From Pelagomonas calceolata (lineage: Eukaryota), in contig CAKKNE010000003.1 in assembly GCA_918797485.1 (NCBI GenBank), positions 4,650,001 to 4,714,000 on the forward strand: a stretch of DNA of 64,000 nt. The letters run 5' to 3'. The first letter of the stretch is position 1. Every line of letters begins with the position of its first letter. Below the pieces are notes generated by a model. The model searched no databases and was not told the origin of the DNA. It saw only the letters and a list, made by a program, of their open reading frames with translations. Positions 11,062 to 21,896 of the stretch are shown piece after piece. A program made the translations under genes and the position numbers.

Positions 11062-11114
11062 CGGGTTTTGGGGGCACGCGCCTAGGGAGGGGTATCGGGG
11101 GGGGGAGCTATCCC
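11062..11114 (+). repeat. G-rich dispersed repeat family F
   Basis: cgggttttgggggcacgc..ctagggagggg..cggggggg.gctatccc also at 63890-63940; partial copy at 53037-53068. Confidence 0.7.
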
Positions 11115-11229
11115 TGTACGTAGGCTGAGTGAGCGGACGGATTGGTCGACGGCGACGCGGTGCAAACATAACTCTGGAATGGCCCTCGGCGGCGCCCGGC
11201 GGCCAGATCGGCGGCCCAGTTGGGAGTAC

Positions 11230-12924
11230 TTAGAACCCGACGCGCGCGCGGATCTCCGCCTTGACGGCCGCGTCGCCGACCTGGCGGGGGCTCCCCGGCG
11301 GCGCCGCGTCCTCGGAAAAGTAGGCGCCGTCGCCGAAGAACGGCGTCAGGGAGCGCATCAGCGCGCCGCCGTGCTTGAGCGAGTACTCCAGGATGAAGGA
11401 GGCCAGCTTGAGCGTGACCGGCGGCGGCAGCTTCGGGACGAGCGAGAGGCCGAACAGCAACCGGGCGGCCCGGCTCTCGTGGTGGTGGTTCCCGGGCAGT
11501 CCGCGCCAGCCCGCCAGGAACCCGCCCCAGACCTCCTCGTCCAGCGCGAAGAAGCCGGCGAACCAGCCCCGCAGCGCCTCCGCGTCGAGCGTCATGAGGA
11601 ACTCGCCCCCGAACAGGGCGAACTCGCGCTGCAGGGACGCCTGCCGCGACCAGACCGCGGCGTACGCCGCCCGCGCGGCGCGGTCCGGGTCGGGACTCTG
11701 CCGCAGGGCGCGCCCGAGCGCCCCCGACAGGTGCGGCGCCGCCGCGAGCGCGCGGCAGAGCTGGTAGCCCGTCGCCGGGTGCACGAGCGCCGCGGCGGCC
11801 CCGAACGCGACGACGCGCTGCCGCGGGTCCGGTCGCGGCCCGCCCATCGGGATGTAGCACAGCTCCGGCGGCTCGTCCGCGCAGACCTCGACGACGTCTA
11901 TCCCGAGGTGCGCCAGCCTCAACTTCAGCCGCCGCTCGCACTCCGCGAGCGTCACCGCCGGCCGCGCCACGAGCGACGTCTCCTCGAAGAAGACGCGCCG
12001 CGGCCCGCCGCCGTCGGTCCCCAGCGGCATGGCGTAGAGGAACGTGGGCGGGGCCCGCTGCTCGGCCGCGGGCAGGTGGTCCGTCCGGTAGTCGAAGAGC
12101 AGCATCGCGTCGTCCGCGTAGGGCCCCAGGTCGCGCACGAGGCACTCGACGCCGTACGCGACCTGAAAGCCCGGCGGGGGGATGGGGGCGCCGACGTCGG
12201 GCCCGCGCCGCGTCGTGAGCCGCGACTCGGCGCCCGTGCAGTCGACGACGACCGTGCACCGCAGGCTGGACCCGCTCTGGAGGTGGAGCGTCGTGCCCGC
12301 CGCGTCGTGCGCCACGCCATCTACCACGTTCGCGCACCAGTCGCCGCCCGGACCGATCTCGAGGTTCTCCCGCACCTCGACCACGCCCGCGTCCGCCGCG
12401 CGGCGCCGGAGCCGCTCTTTGAGCGTCGCCCGGTCCACGCGGCAGTACGCTCGCTGCAAGGTCGTGCGCTCGTCCGGGGGCGCGCCCCAGGACCCCCCGA
12501 AGAAGCAGTCCGTGCGCGGCCACGTCGCGTCGACGCACCCGCGCAGCTCGAGCTCGGGCAGCGACTCGCTCAGCGCGTGCCACTCGGCCTCCCACACGCC
12601 GTAGTTGTTGGGCCACGGCTTGTCGAGGTTCGCGTCGACGAGAGCCACGCGCAGACCCTCGCGCTCCGCCAGCAGCCACGCCACGACGGAGCCCGCCGGA
12701 CCCGCGCCTATCACGGCACAGTCGTATCCGCGCGCGGCCGCCGTGGTGTCGTCGTCGCCGCCGCCGGCGCGCAGCGCGGTTACTGCATCTGCGCGCGCGA
12801 CGGCCGGCCGCGATCTACAGCTCGCGAGCGCCGGCGTCCTCACCCTCAGTGCTGGCTGCAAGGCAGAGGCGACGGCCAAGAAGGCGGGGGCGACGCCGCC
12901 TACCAAGCGGCGCGGTCGCGCCAT
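11230..12924 (-). CDS. LCYB: Lycopene beta-cyclase, plastid-targeted
   Basis: DCAVIGAGPAG, PNNYGVWE.E, FQVAYG, PTFLYAMP, FFEETSL, YIPMGG, VHPATGYQ. Signal peptide ending in ASAL. Confidence 0.93.
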   Translation of the reverse strand: MARPRRLVGGVAPAFLAVASALQPALRVRTPALASCRSRPAVARADAVTALRAGGGDDDTTAAARGYDCAVIGAGPAGSVVAWLLAEREGLRVALVDANLDKPWPNNYGVWEAEWHALSESLPELELRGCVDATWPRTDCFFGGSWGAPPDERTTLQRAYCRVDRATLKERLRRRAADAGVVEVRENLEIGPGGDWCANVVDGVAHDAAGTTLHLQSGSSLRCTVVVDCTGAESRLTTRRGPDVGAPIPPPGFQVAYGVECLVRDLGPYADDAMLLFDYRTDHLPAAEQRAPPTFLYAMPLGTDGGGPRRVFFEETSLVARPAVTLAECERRLKLRLAHLGIDVVEVCADEPPELCYIPMGGPRPDPRQRVVAFGAAAALVHPATGYQLCRALAAAPHLSGALGRALRQSPDPDRAARAAYAAVWSRQASLQREFALFGGEFLMTLDAEALRGWFAGFFALDEEVWGGFLAGWRGLPGNHHHESRAARLLFGLSLVPKLPPPVTLKLASFILEYSLKHGGALMRSLTPFFGDGAYFSEDAAPPGSPRQVGDAAVKAEIRARVGF

Positions 12925-13002
12925 TCTTGTACCTGCAGTGATTTGCCGCACTTTTTTTTTTAGTGCCGCACTGCCACACACTGCTCCAAGCTCAAGCTCT
13001 GT

Positions 13003-13064
13003 GCGGTACTGCGGTACCTGCGGTACTGCGGTACCGTACCTGCTATGATATGGCCACGTATCCT
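13003..13064. promoter_or_regulatory. GTAC-core array plus 34-bp motif shared with 45839-45872
   Basis: (ctgcggtac)n about 80 bp upstream of the LCYB ATG, followed by gtaccgtacctgctatgatatggccacgtatcct. Confidence 0.5.
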
Positions 13065-13162
13065 AACTTCAGGGACAGGAAACAGGGGGCCGGGCTATTA
13101 ATACAAACTAATAGAAACTTAGCTCGGCCTCGTATGGGAGCGGGCCGTAGGCCGTGTCTATT

Positions 13163-13232
13163 AGTTTGATTTTTGCGCTTACGTGACCCCCTAGAGCCCT
13201 CTTGCCTCGAGGTTCGCGTTCGACGTCCCCGC
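13163..13232 (+). repeat. Dispersed repeat family H
   Basis: Reverse complement present at ~31672-31742. Confidence 0.7.
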
Positions 13233-13892
13233 ACACCAGGGCCCTGCCATACGTACGTATGTCCAAACTCGTACCCCTCCATATGGGAACTACGCGGATC
13301 AGCTCGACGCTAAGCTGGCTCAGTCCCAATCAGACTTCACAGAAGCCAAATATCTCGCTCAGTTTAAAATTTTTCCGCCCCTAAGGGGTCTACCAGCTAT
13401 CATTCCGTCCAACGAACAAACGCGTCTTAACGGGAACACCCCAGAGGACAGGACGAGTCCTCAGGACAGCATGGGGGACCGGAAAGTCGCGCCGGCAGGC
13501 GTCGCTAGTAGGTTGGCTCCATCGAAACGGCCTTCTATTACCATCAGACTAATTTTGCGAGGACACAAAAAGGGGTGCCTAGCGCACGCGTGGCTCCTTC
13601 CTCGCCTTCAAAACCGCTGCGCAGCCTTCCCACACACACCGCGCAGCTGCGCTGCGAAAAATAAGCGCGCAATCGCGGGGATCGCTACACGTGTCCTAAA
13701 CAACCAGCGAACATGCAGCAGGACCAGTCCATGGAGGAGCAGGTCCAAGACACGCGAGATGATGCCTCGCTCGAGCCCCGTGCCAAGTGTCGGCGGCGAC
13801 GACCCGAGTGTGCAGCCCGTGAGCCGTATGCACTCGCGTGCTCAACCCTGTTGACCAAGCAGCGCCGCACTAATGTAAACGTGCGATCTGTC

Positions 13893-14903
13893 ATGCTCAT
13901 TCGCGTCATGCTGCTGGTTGGCCTGTGCGGGGTGGCGATGGCGCATACCTCGAATTGCAGCGGTGATTTCAATCTGCGCTCGCACACACTGGCTCCCAAC
14001 CGTGGAGAGAAGAGCCTCATGATCAACAATGCTGCGCATTTCTTTCAGCTGCCCTCTCCTGCCAACTCGCAGGGCAAGAATTCCACTATCTGCATACCGC
14101 AGAAGAATGGCAATCGAAACTGGGGAGGCTTCGCGTTCGCAGCGTGGAGGAGGAGAGCGCCGGCCTCTATCGACGCCATGCTGAAGGATATGAGGCATTG
14201 GGAAAGGAACAGCTTGACGGTGGACGATACCATCCAGGAATACTTCTTTGCTCGTGATCCATACACGCGGCTTCTGTCGCTGTATCTGCAAAAGGTTGTG
14301 TCTGAATGTACTTCCGGTGGTCAGCTCGGCTGCTCACAAAGGCTACGCTACCTTGGCCTCAGCAAGAATACGAGCTTTGCATATTTCGTGCAGCATGTGT
14401 GGAGGCTTACGGAGGGAAACCCTCGGCGGCTATGTGCCGTTGATCATCATCTTTGCAGTCAGCTTGAGTCATGCTACTCAAGCGTCAGCGGAAGCGGTAA
14501 GCACATTTTGGTGCTCAGGCTCGAGGAGCAGGCCAAATGGTGGCCGTGCTTTGTCAAAGAGGTGGGCGTTGACGAATCGGTGCTGCGCGGGGTGCAATGG
14601 TTGCCGTTTTCAGGCCAAGAGTGCTTTTACTCTCCGACCGGGCGCTGCAGCGACATACTCACGGCGATCTCCGACCAGTCTCAGTTGCAAATCCCGACAG
14701 GGAACGTTCACGCAACGTCCGCATCTAGCCCTGAGCAGCTTGCCAAGCACTACGACCAGCACTCCGCGTGGCTGGTCACGCTTCTATACTCGGCCGACCT
14801 GGCTGTTCTTGGCTACTCGGCTTGGAGCGGAACGGGTGCCAGGGTTCGGCCTAGGCACAAGCCGGAAATTCCCTTAGGGCCCCATATAGATATGGAACGC
14901 TAG
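13893..14903 (+). CDS. Carbohydrate sulfotransferase (Sulfotransfer_2 / CHST-like)
   Basis: Signal peptide MLIRVMLLVGL, CIPQKNGNRNW, FARDPYTRLLSLY, DHHLCSQ, LYSADL.VLGY. Stop codon lies inside repeat G. Confidence 0.8.
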   Translation: MLIRVMLLVGLCGVAMAHTSNCSGDFNLRSHTLAPNRGEKSLMINNAAHFFQLPSPANSQGKNSTICIPQKNGNRNWGGFAFAAWRRRAPASIDAMLKDMRHWERNSLTVDDTIQEYFFARDPYTRLLSLYLQKVVSECTSGGQLGCSQRLRYLGLSKNTSFAYFVQHVWRLTEGNPRRLCAVDHHLCSQLESCYSSVSGSGKHILVLRLEEQAKWWPCFVKEVGVDESVLRGVQWLPFSGQECFYSPTGRCSDILTAISDQSQLQIPTGNVHATSASSPEQLAKHYDQHSAWLVTLLYSADLAVLGYSAWSGTGARVRPRHKPEIPLGPHIDMER

Positions 14904-14986
14904 GAAATAATTTTTCCGTAATTATGGTTCAATTTATACGTCTCAGGGGCGATTTTTGGTTTGGGGTTCGGGTTTTATCGCAGTGG
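14846..14986 (+). repeat. Dispersed repeat family G, copy 2
   Basis: Near-identical to 6409-6553. Confidence 0.9.
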
Positions 14987-15767
14987 CCCCGGGCCCCCGG
15001 CGCCGGTGGTCGACGCACCTCGTTTTACACCCGCGTTTACGGTCAAACTTCATCGCACCCCAAACCCTTGCGGTCAGCCGTTCGTGGCTTCTGGGCGAAG
15101 GTCATTTCGAAAGACGGTCATGGTACGACGTCATGCGGCGACGTACGGAGGGTGCGTGCTGATGGGGCAGTGCAGTGTGGCGCCGCGGGCGCCCGTCTGC
15201 CGCTAAAAAATGGTCGAGACCCTGGCCGTGGGGGTCTCTCTATCATACTACGAGCGCTCACAAAATGACGGGGCAGCCAAGCGCGCCAATGGGCTATATG
15301 GGTTATGGCCCGAGGCTGCCGAGTCGAACCATCGACCATCGACGAGGGCTGCCCCGCTTGCCGGAGGGCGCCCCCCTAGACCTCGACGAGTGCGGCGGGC
15401 GCGCACTCGTCCGTCGACGGCTCGAAAATGGGCTTAGGCTAGTAGGTGGACGCTGCCCCGTGCGCGGCCTTCCGCGCCGTGGCGCGCGAGGGCGCCCGTA
15501 GGCCGTCGACCTCTTTTTTATCGCGGAGATAGCCGCCGCAAACGGCGCGGCGCGCGGCGCCGTCGTCAGCGAGCACGGGCAGTGGGCTATATGGGCTATA
15601 TGGGTCATGTGGGCGAAGGGGGGGTGGGGACCAAACTACTTAAGTATATATTCAGGGGTTCCCGCATTGACCTTTGAAAAAACAAAACGAGCCACCAAAC
15701 CTGAGGCCTTGAGGCCTCATAGAGACGCGGAGGACACGGCCGCAGCGCTGAATAGCGGCCAGCAGCG

Positions 15768-17700
15768 ATGCCGCCCAAAAAGGGCAAAGAGAGCGTGCAG
15801 CGCAAGTCCGCGGCCGAGTTCTTCACCGAGAACCAGACCATCGCGGGCTTCGACAACCCGGGCAAGAGCCTCTACACGACGATCCGCGAGCTCGTGGAGA
15901 ACTCGCTGGACGCGGCGGAGTCCATCGGCGAGCCGCCGGACGTCGCGCTGGAGATCCGGGAGCTCAGCCAGGCGGAGCTGGACGCGGAGCGGGGCGTCCT
16001 GCGGCTCGAGCGCGTCGACGAAACGCTCTTCGAGGGCCGCGGCAAGGCGGACGACAAGGAGAAGACGCGCTTGTTCTACCGCGTCACCTGCCGGGACAAC
16101 GGCTGCGGCGTCCACCGCGAGGCGATCCCCGACGCGTTCGGGCGGGTGCTCGCCGGGTCGAAGTACGGCGCGCGGCAGGCGCGGGGCAAGTTCGGCCTCG
16201 GCGCGAAGATGGCGCTGATCTGGGGCAAGAAGTCGTCCGGGCTGCCGCTGACGGTGCGGACGGCCCGCGCCGCGCACGAGCCGGTGAGCCGCGTGGTGCT
16301 GGACATCGACATCCAGCGGAACGAGCCGCGCGTGCTGGAGGACTCGGTGGCGGAGAACAGCCAGAAGTGGCGGGGCGCGGAGCTGACGGTCACGGTCGGC
16401 GGCAACTGGAAGGCGTACCGCGCGCGCATCGTCCAGTACCTGCGGCAGCTGGCGATCATCACGCCCTACGCGTCGCTGCGGCTCGACTTCCGCGGGTCCG
16501 GGTCCGACCGGCGGGACGTGCGCCTGGAGTTCGCGCGGCGGACGACGAAGGTGCCCCCCGTGCCCCGGGCGACGGGCTACCACCCCGCGGCGCTCGACGA
16601 GCTGCTGCTGGAGCAGCTGCTGCGGAAGACGGCCCAGCCGTCGCTGGGCGCGTTCTGCCGCCACGCGCTGCAGGGCGGGCCGCCCGCGCTCATGCGGCGC
16701 GTGCTCAAGGAGGGCGGCTTCGACGAGAGGACGGAGCCGCTCCGCGTGGCGGACGACGCCGCGCGGCTGCGGCGGCTCGCGCGCCTGTTCCGGGACGTGA
16801 ACTGCTTCGCGCCGCCGGACGCGAGCGGCCTGGCGCCCGTCGGCGAGTACAACCTGCGGCTGGGCGTCGAGAAGGAGGTCCGCCCGACGTACGTCGCCAC
16901 CGCGTGCTCCCCCGTCGCGGCGCACGAGGGCCACGCGTTCGTCGTCGAGGCGGCCGTGTCGGTCGGCGGGCTCAGGGAGGAGGAGGAGGGCCTGCGCGTC
17001 TACCGGTTCGCGAACCGCATCCCGCTGCTCTTCGAGGGCGGCGCCGACGTCGCCACCATCGTGGCGAAGAAGCGCGTGCGGTGGGCCGCGTACAAGATCG
17101 ACGTCAAGAAGGAGCGGGTCGGCGTCTTCGTGTCGCTCGTGAGCACCAAGATCCCCTTCAAGGGCACCTCCAAGGAGTACGTGGGCGAGGACGCCCACGA
17201 AATCCACGACGCGATCCGGGAGTGCCTCATGGCCTGTGGGTCGCAGCTCAAGGCGCAGCTGGCGAAGCGCGACCTCCATCAGAGGGACCGGGACCGGCGC
17301 AAGAACCTGCTGCGGTACGTGCCCGACGTCGCGGCGGCGCTCTGCGGCGTCCTGCAGACGGACGAGGACGCGCTGAAGAAGGCTTTGCAGCGCCACGTCG
17401 ACCGCGCCGACCTCGAAGCGGTCGCGGACGACGGCGGCGCGCCGCGGGCGCGCGTCGACATGCGGCGGCGGGCCGTCGTGCGGGACGTCGTGTCGACGCG
17501 CTTCGCGCTGCGGCTGTTCGCGCCGCGCGGCGCGGCGTCGCGGCCGCCCGACGAGGACGAGGAGGCCGAGGCCGAGGTCGCGCCGAAGAGGAAGAGGCCG
17601 CGCGCGGCGTGGACGGGCGTGGTCGACGATGATGACGGGGGGGACCCGGCGGCGAGCCCGCCGCCCGCGGCGGCGGCGGCGGCGCGCGCCGACTTCGAGT

Positions 17701-17733
<33 letters not shown>

Positions 17734-17993
17734 TCCTCGCCATCGACGGGCTTTCGCCGTCCAAGGGTGCGCCGCCCTCCGCCGGCGCGCCGCGGTCGCC
17801 GGCGCGGAGCCGTCTCGGGCGGGGCGACGGGCTCGCGGTCGCCGACTCGTCGTCCGACGGCGACTCGTCGTCCTCGGAGGACGTTCCCTTGGCGAGCCTC
17901 GCACCGCCGCCACCGAATAAACGGCCGCGCCCCCTCCCGGCTCCGGACGCCGGCTCAAGCGACGACTCGTCGGGCGACGAGTGGGCGGCGTAA
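15768..17993 (+). CDS. TOP6B: DNA topoisomerase VI subunit B
   Basis: SAAEFF.EN..IAGFDNPGKSLYTTIRELVENSLDA, DNGCG, RGKFGLGAKMAL, RFANRIPLLF, KIPFKGTSKEY. Confidence 0.95.
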
Positions 17994-18416
17994 ACTGTAC
18001 TTCTAGGGAAACCATCAATGCCAGTGCGGCCACAGCCGGAGTGTCGCTCTTGGGAAGCGGGGCCGAAGCGCCAAGCGCTGTGATATCGACCATCGTGTCG
18101 TGTCGTGCCTCCGTCCTCAGGCTCGACTCTATTTTCTTAAAGCTAGGCCGCCTAGCCACCCGGCCGACGCGGGGTCTGCGCGACCGCACGCCCGCCCCGC
18201 CACCGGCCCTCATACGTCGCCGCCCCGAGTATGAGCTCGGAGGACGAGGCGAGGGGGGGCAGGCCGGACGCCGGAATCCCAGATCTGCGCCGGTGGCGCA
18301 TCGGAGGCCGCCAACGCGCGCGCCCCGGTTATTTACTTACCTGGTATTTGAAATTGAACGCCATATGGATTCCTCCGGCTTCCTTTAATTATCTATTTAA
18401 CGAACAGGCGGGGCGG

Positions 18417-19664
18417 TCAGCACACGACGACGAGATGGGACAAATTGACGGCGAGAACGCCGAGCGCGCCGGCGGCGACCGCCGCGAGCGCGGCCGCGGG
18501 CACGACGTCCGCGCGCGGTGCCGCCGTACGGCGCGTGTGCAAGGCGGCCAACGGTGGCAGGAGCCCGTAGAGGACGACCGTCGGGATCGCCCCCGCGAAA
18601 CGCAACAGCAACAAGTACGCGTCGCGGCCGGCGCCCGCGGCAACGCCCGCGGGGAGAGCCACGGCGCCCGCGGCCGCGAGGGACCGCCACGGGCCCGACT
18701 CGCCGCCGTCTTGGCGCCGGAGCAGCTGGCCCACGGCCATGAGACAGCCGAGCACCGTGGACGCGACGGCGCCCGCGGCCGCCAGGCCCGTCGCGCCTCG
18801 CAGCGCGGCGGACGGCGCGCCCGTCGGCGCCCGCGCGGACGCCGCGGCGTACAGCAACGCGAGCGCCAGGGGCATCAGGGACCCCAGCAGCACGGCCGCG
18901 CGCGCCTCCCGCAGCCGCCGACTGCCGAATTTGCCGACGACGACCGGCACGGCCTCGCCGAATCGCATCGTGTTCGCCACGAGCGGCACGGCCCAGCCTC
19001 GCCGCGGAAGGAGCTTGACCCAGCGCGCGGGCGTCCGGATGGGCGTGCCGCCGGCGGCCAAAGAAAGAGCGGAAAGGCCGACGAAGCCGCAGATGGTCGC
19101 GGCCGTGCACAGGGTGTTGGCCCTGGCCACGATCGCGGCGGGTGCGAACGCGACGAAAGCCCCCAACGCGGCCGCCGCCGTCCACGGAGCGCGCAGCAAG
19201 CTCAAATTCGCCGCGAGGATCGCCAGCAGCTGCACCGCGAACGTCGCCGTGGCCGCGCGCGACACGACGGGACCGAATATGCGCCGCGAGACCGCGCGAA
19301 TGGAGGCCGCCGCGTCTTCGCCCTCGAGCGGTCCCGCGGCCATCGCGCCGCCCGCGGCCTCGACGTACCCGAGGGCCGCCAGCGCGAAGAAGGCCCAGGC
19401 GCCCGTCAGGCCCAGCGCCGCGGGCCGGAGGCCGACGTCCCGTGCGATCGCTGGCACGGCCAGGAACCCGCCTCCGACCGCCGACCCGCCGACGATGGCC
19501 GCCGCGTCCACGACCGTGATGGCGTGCGCGTCGCCGTCCGCCGACAGCGCCGCGCCCGCCTTCGCGCGGGCGCGGCGTCGCGGCGCTTTCGCGATCCGCG
19601 GCCCGCCGCGCAGTAGTGCCGCCGCGACGGAGCAATACACAACTAATTGGCCCGTCATCATCAT
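18417..19664 (-). CDS. Aromatic amino acid permease (TyrP/HAAAP-like)
   Basis: IVGGSAVGGGFLAVP, multiple TM helices, LLGSLMPL, VLYGLLPP. Confidence 0.7.
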   Translation of the reverse strand: MMMTGQLVVYCSVAAALLRGGPRIAKAPRRRARAKAGAALSADGDAHAITVVDAAAIVGGSAVGGGFLAVPAIARDVGLRPAALGLTGAWAFFALAALGYVEAAGGAMAAGPLEGEDAAASIRAVSRRIFGPVVSRAATATFAVQLLAILAANLSLLRAPWTAAAALGAFVAFAPAAIVARANTLCTAATICGFVGLSALSLAAGGTPIRTPARWVKLLPRRGWAVPLVANTMRFGEAVPVVVGKFGSRRLREARAAVLLGSLMPLALALLYAAASARAPTGAPSAALRGATGLAAAGAVASTVLGCLMAVGQLLRRQDGGESGPWRSLAAAGAVALPAGVAAGAGRDAYLLLLRFAGAIPTVVLYGLLPPLAALHTRRTAAPRADVVPAAALAAVAAGALGVLAVNLSHLVVVC

Positions 19665-19723
19665 ATGATGATTCGCGACGATAGAGCAGAGACGTCGCAG
19701 CAAGGCTAAGTGCGCACTTGAGC

Positions 19724-19953
19724 AGTACCTACGGTACCGTAGGCGGTACTACGGTACCTACGGTACCACCTACGGTAGGTTTCGTAGAGAGAAAAACCCT
19801 CTAGCCTATCCTACCCTATTATGTATCTCCCGCTCTCTAAATTTGAGTCACATTGGGTGTCTATTGACGCTACGGTGTAAACCAATATATAATAAAACAC
19901 CGTCACGGTGACTCTCTCGTACCCGGGCCTTACATAACGCTGCGACATACTCT
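19724..19953. repeat. GTAC array (19724-19780) followed by partial repeat A (19785-19953)
   Basis: Same arrangement as 2796-3102 and 23009-23323. Confidence 0.75.
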
Positions 19954-19958
19954 ACTAG

Positions 19959-20340
19959 TATCGTTTCGTGACGTCTCTTTTTAAGCGCCGGCTGGGTATC
20001 CTAGCCGTGCGGGAAATCTTACCGTACGGTGACCCTAGCACGCTAGCCTGGGTAGGTTCCCCAGGCCCCCTCCTTCTCTCCGAGTCCTATCCACATTCCA
20101 CTACATTCAAGCGCAATCATGATAAACTCTCATATTACTTCACACTCAGTGCTATCCCATTACGGGAGCATGTCTATCACCTTAGTCGCCATACCCGCTG
20201 GGATGCCGGCAGTACCACGCTGCCGGCCTACCGTTTTCTACAAGCCGCGCAGGGAGAAGGCCCCTAGTGGCTTGGTGTATGTCGTTTTCCTTTTTGGATA
20301 TTCCTGCCTTAATTCTTTATTTGTTCAAGTTTTATTTTAT
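19959..20340 (+). mobile_element. LINE family D variant 3' end interrupted by a solo LTR
   Basis: Both halves rejoin to match the intact reverse-complement copy at ~58228-58370. Confidence 0.75.
20008..20242. mobile_element. Solo LTR (235 bp)
   Basis: TG...CA ends with imperfect inverted termini. 5-bp TSD AGCCG at 20003-20007 and 20243-20247. Confidence 0.75.
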
Positions 20341-20365
20341 TTAGGGCGGGCGACGGAGGGGCGCG

Positions 20366-21248
20366 TCAAGGGAGGTGCGCGCGCGCCGCGAGGAAGCCGC
20401 CGTCCACCGGCACGCAGACGCCGTTGACCATCGCGGCCGCGTCCGAGAGGAGGTACAAAACGCAGTCGGCGACGTCGTCGACCTCGGCGAAGCGCCCCAG
20501 CGGGATGCTCGCCAGCATGGGGTCGCGCTTCGCCGCGTCGGCCCACGCCGCGCGCCCGAGCGGTGTCAGCACGACGGTCGGGTTGACGCAATTCGTTCGG
20601 ATGCCGTGGGGCCCCAGCTCGAGCGCCATGCACTTGGTGAGGTAGTCCACGCCCGCCTTCGTGAGACTGTACGCGCACCGGTCGCGGATGGCCTGGGACG
20701 AGGACTGCGACGACACGTGTACGACCTGTGTGGAAATCCACAGCGGTTCAAAGTCGCTCCGACGGTTGGTTCGCACCGCGCACGACCGCTCCCGGAACGC
20801 CCCTCGCGATCATGTTCCTCGCGACGCACTGGGAGAGCACGAGCGGCGCCCGGCAGTTCACGGCGACGCACTGATCGAAGGCGTCCGTCTCCACGTCCAG
20901 AAAACTCGCCATGGCGCCGACGCCGGCGGCGTTCACGAGCGCGTCGACGTCGCCGGCCTCGGCCGCGGCGCGGCGCACGTCCGCCACCTGCGACAGGTCT
21001 GCCACGACGCAGGGGTGGCCGTCTCCCACGTGCTCCTTGAACGCTCGCACGCGGCTCTCCCGCGACACGACGCCAACCACGCGCGCGCCGCGTTCGGCGA
21101 GCCGCTGCGCGCATCGCAGGCCAATGCCGCTCGCCGCGCCGGTGACGAGCGCGGTCTTTCCAGCGAAGGAACCGGGGCCCGTGGACGCGCTCCGCGCCTG
21201 CGGCGCCGCCGCCCTCGCGCAGGCCAGCAGCGCGGCGGCGACCATCAT
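20366..21248 (-). CDS. DCXR: Short-chain dehydrogenase, L-xylulose reductase-like; 2 exons (intron 20726-20786)
   Basis: TGAASGIG, VNAAG, YSLTK, MALELGPHGIRTNCVNPTVVLT. Splicing restores GA|VVHVSS. Confidence 0.85.
20726..20786 (-). mobile_element. Degenerate Introner intron (61 bp)
   Basis: Ends GATTTCCACACAG; TSD tgtacgac / cgcacgac (6/8); removal restores the frame. Confidence 0.8.
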
Positions 21249-21896
21249 AGTACAGGCCGTCCGCGACGAGCGCGCCCTGGACAGGTAGCAAGAGATTTTC
21301 AAGGACCCACTTCGATGGGTGCAGGAACCGTATCCCGCAACAGGTGGGGCAGCCACCGCGGGGTTCGGGAGGGCCCTGCACTCCGCCGCGCCGGATGGAG
21401 GTTCGGTTCGGGTTGGCCAACGCCGTATGAGCCGGTCTCGTATGGGCTTTGGTGCGTTGCTGAGCTTAGGAACTCTCCTCGCCACTTACACACCCGACAA
21501 GCCCGGAAGGCAAGAAACTGGAATCGACTCTTCCTCAGACTGAATCAACGGGGCTGACGCACCGTGGCCACTAGGACCGCGGCGGGCCCTGGCGCGTTTT
21601 CGTCACGGGCGAGATATCGTGCGGGTTCCACTCATGGAAGAGCTCCCCCCGGAACCACCCATCAGGGCTACACAAGGTGGTCGTATAATGATCTCATTGA
21701 TCTGGCTCGGGTTCACGTATACGACGCGCGCAGCCCCCAAAGACCGGTGATTGGACATCGTGCCCTCGATAGGCGACGATAGCCGCTCTCGAACCACCGT
21801 GACCGGCATTGGAGCGGTAGTTTAGACATCCCGGTGAAGAGATGTTATCAATATTTATTAGGCGGAGCCCCGCCGGGAGGGGGGCGACACCGTGAT

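Noticed and set aside
6409..14986. Repeat G pair as LTRs or ends of one 8.5-kb composite element
   Set aside because: No TG..CA ends or TSD, and the interval contains ordinary GC-rich host genes such as LCYB.
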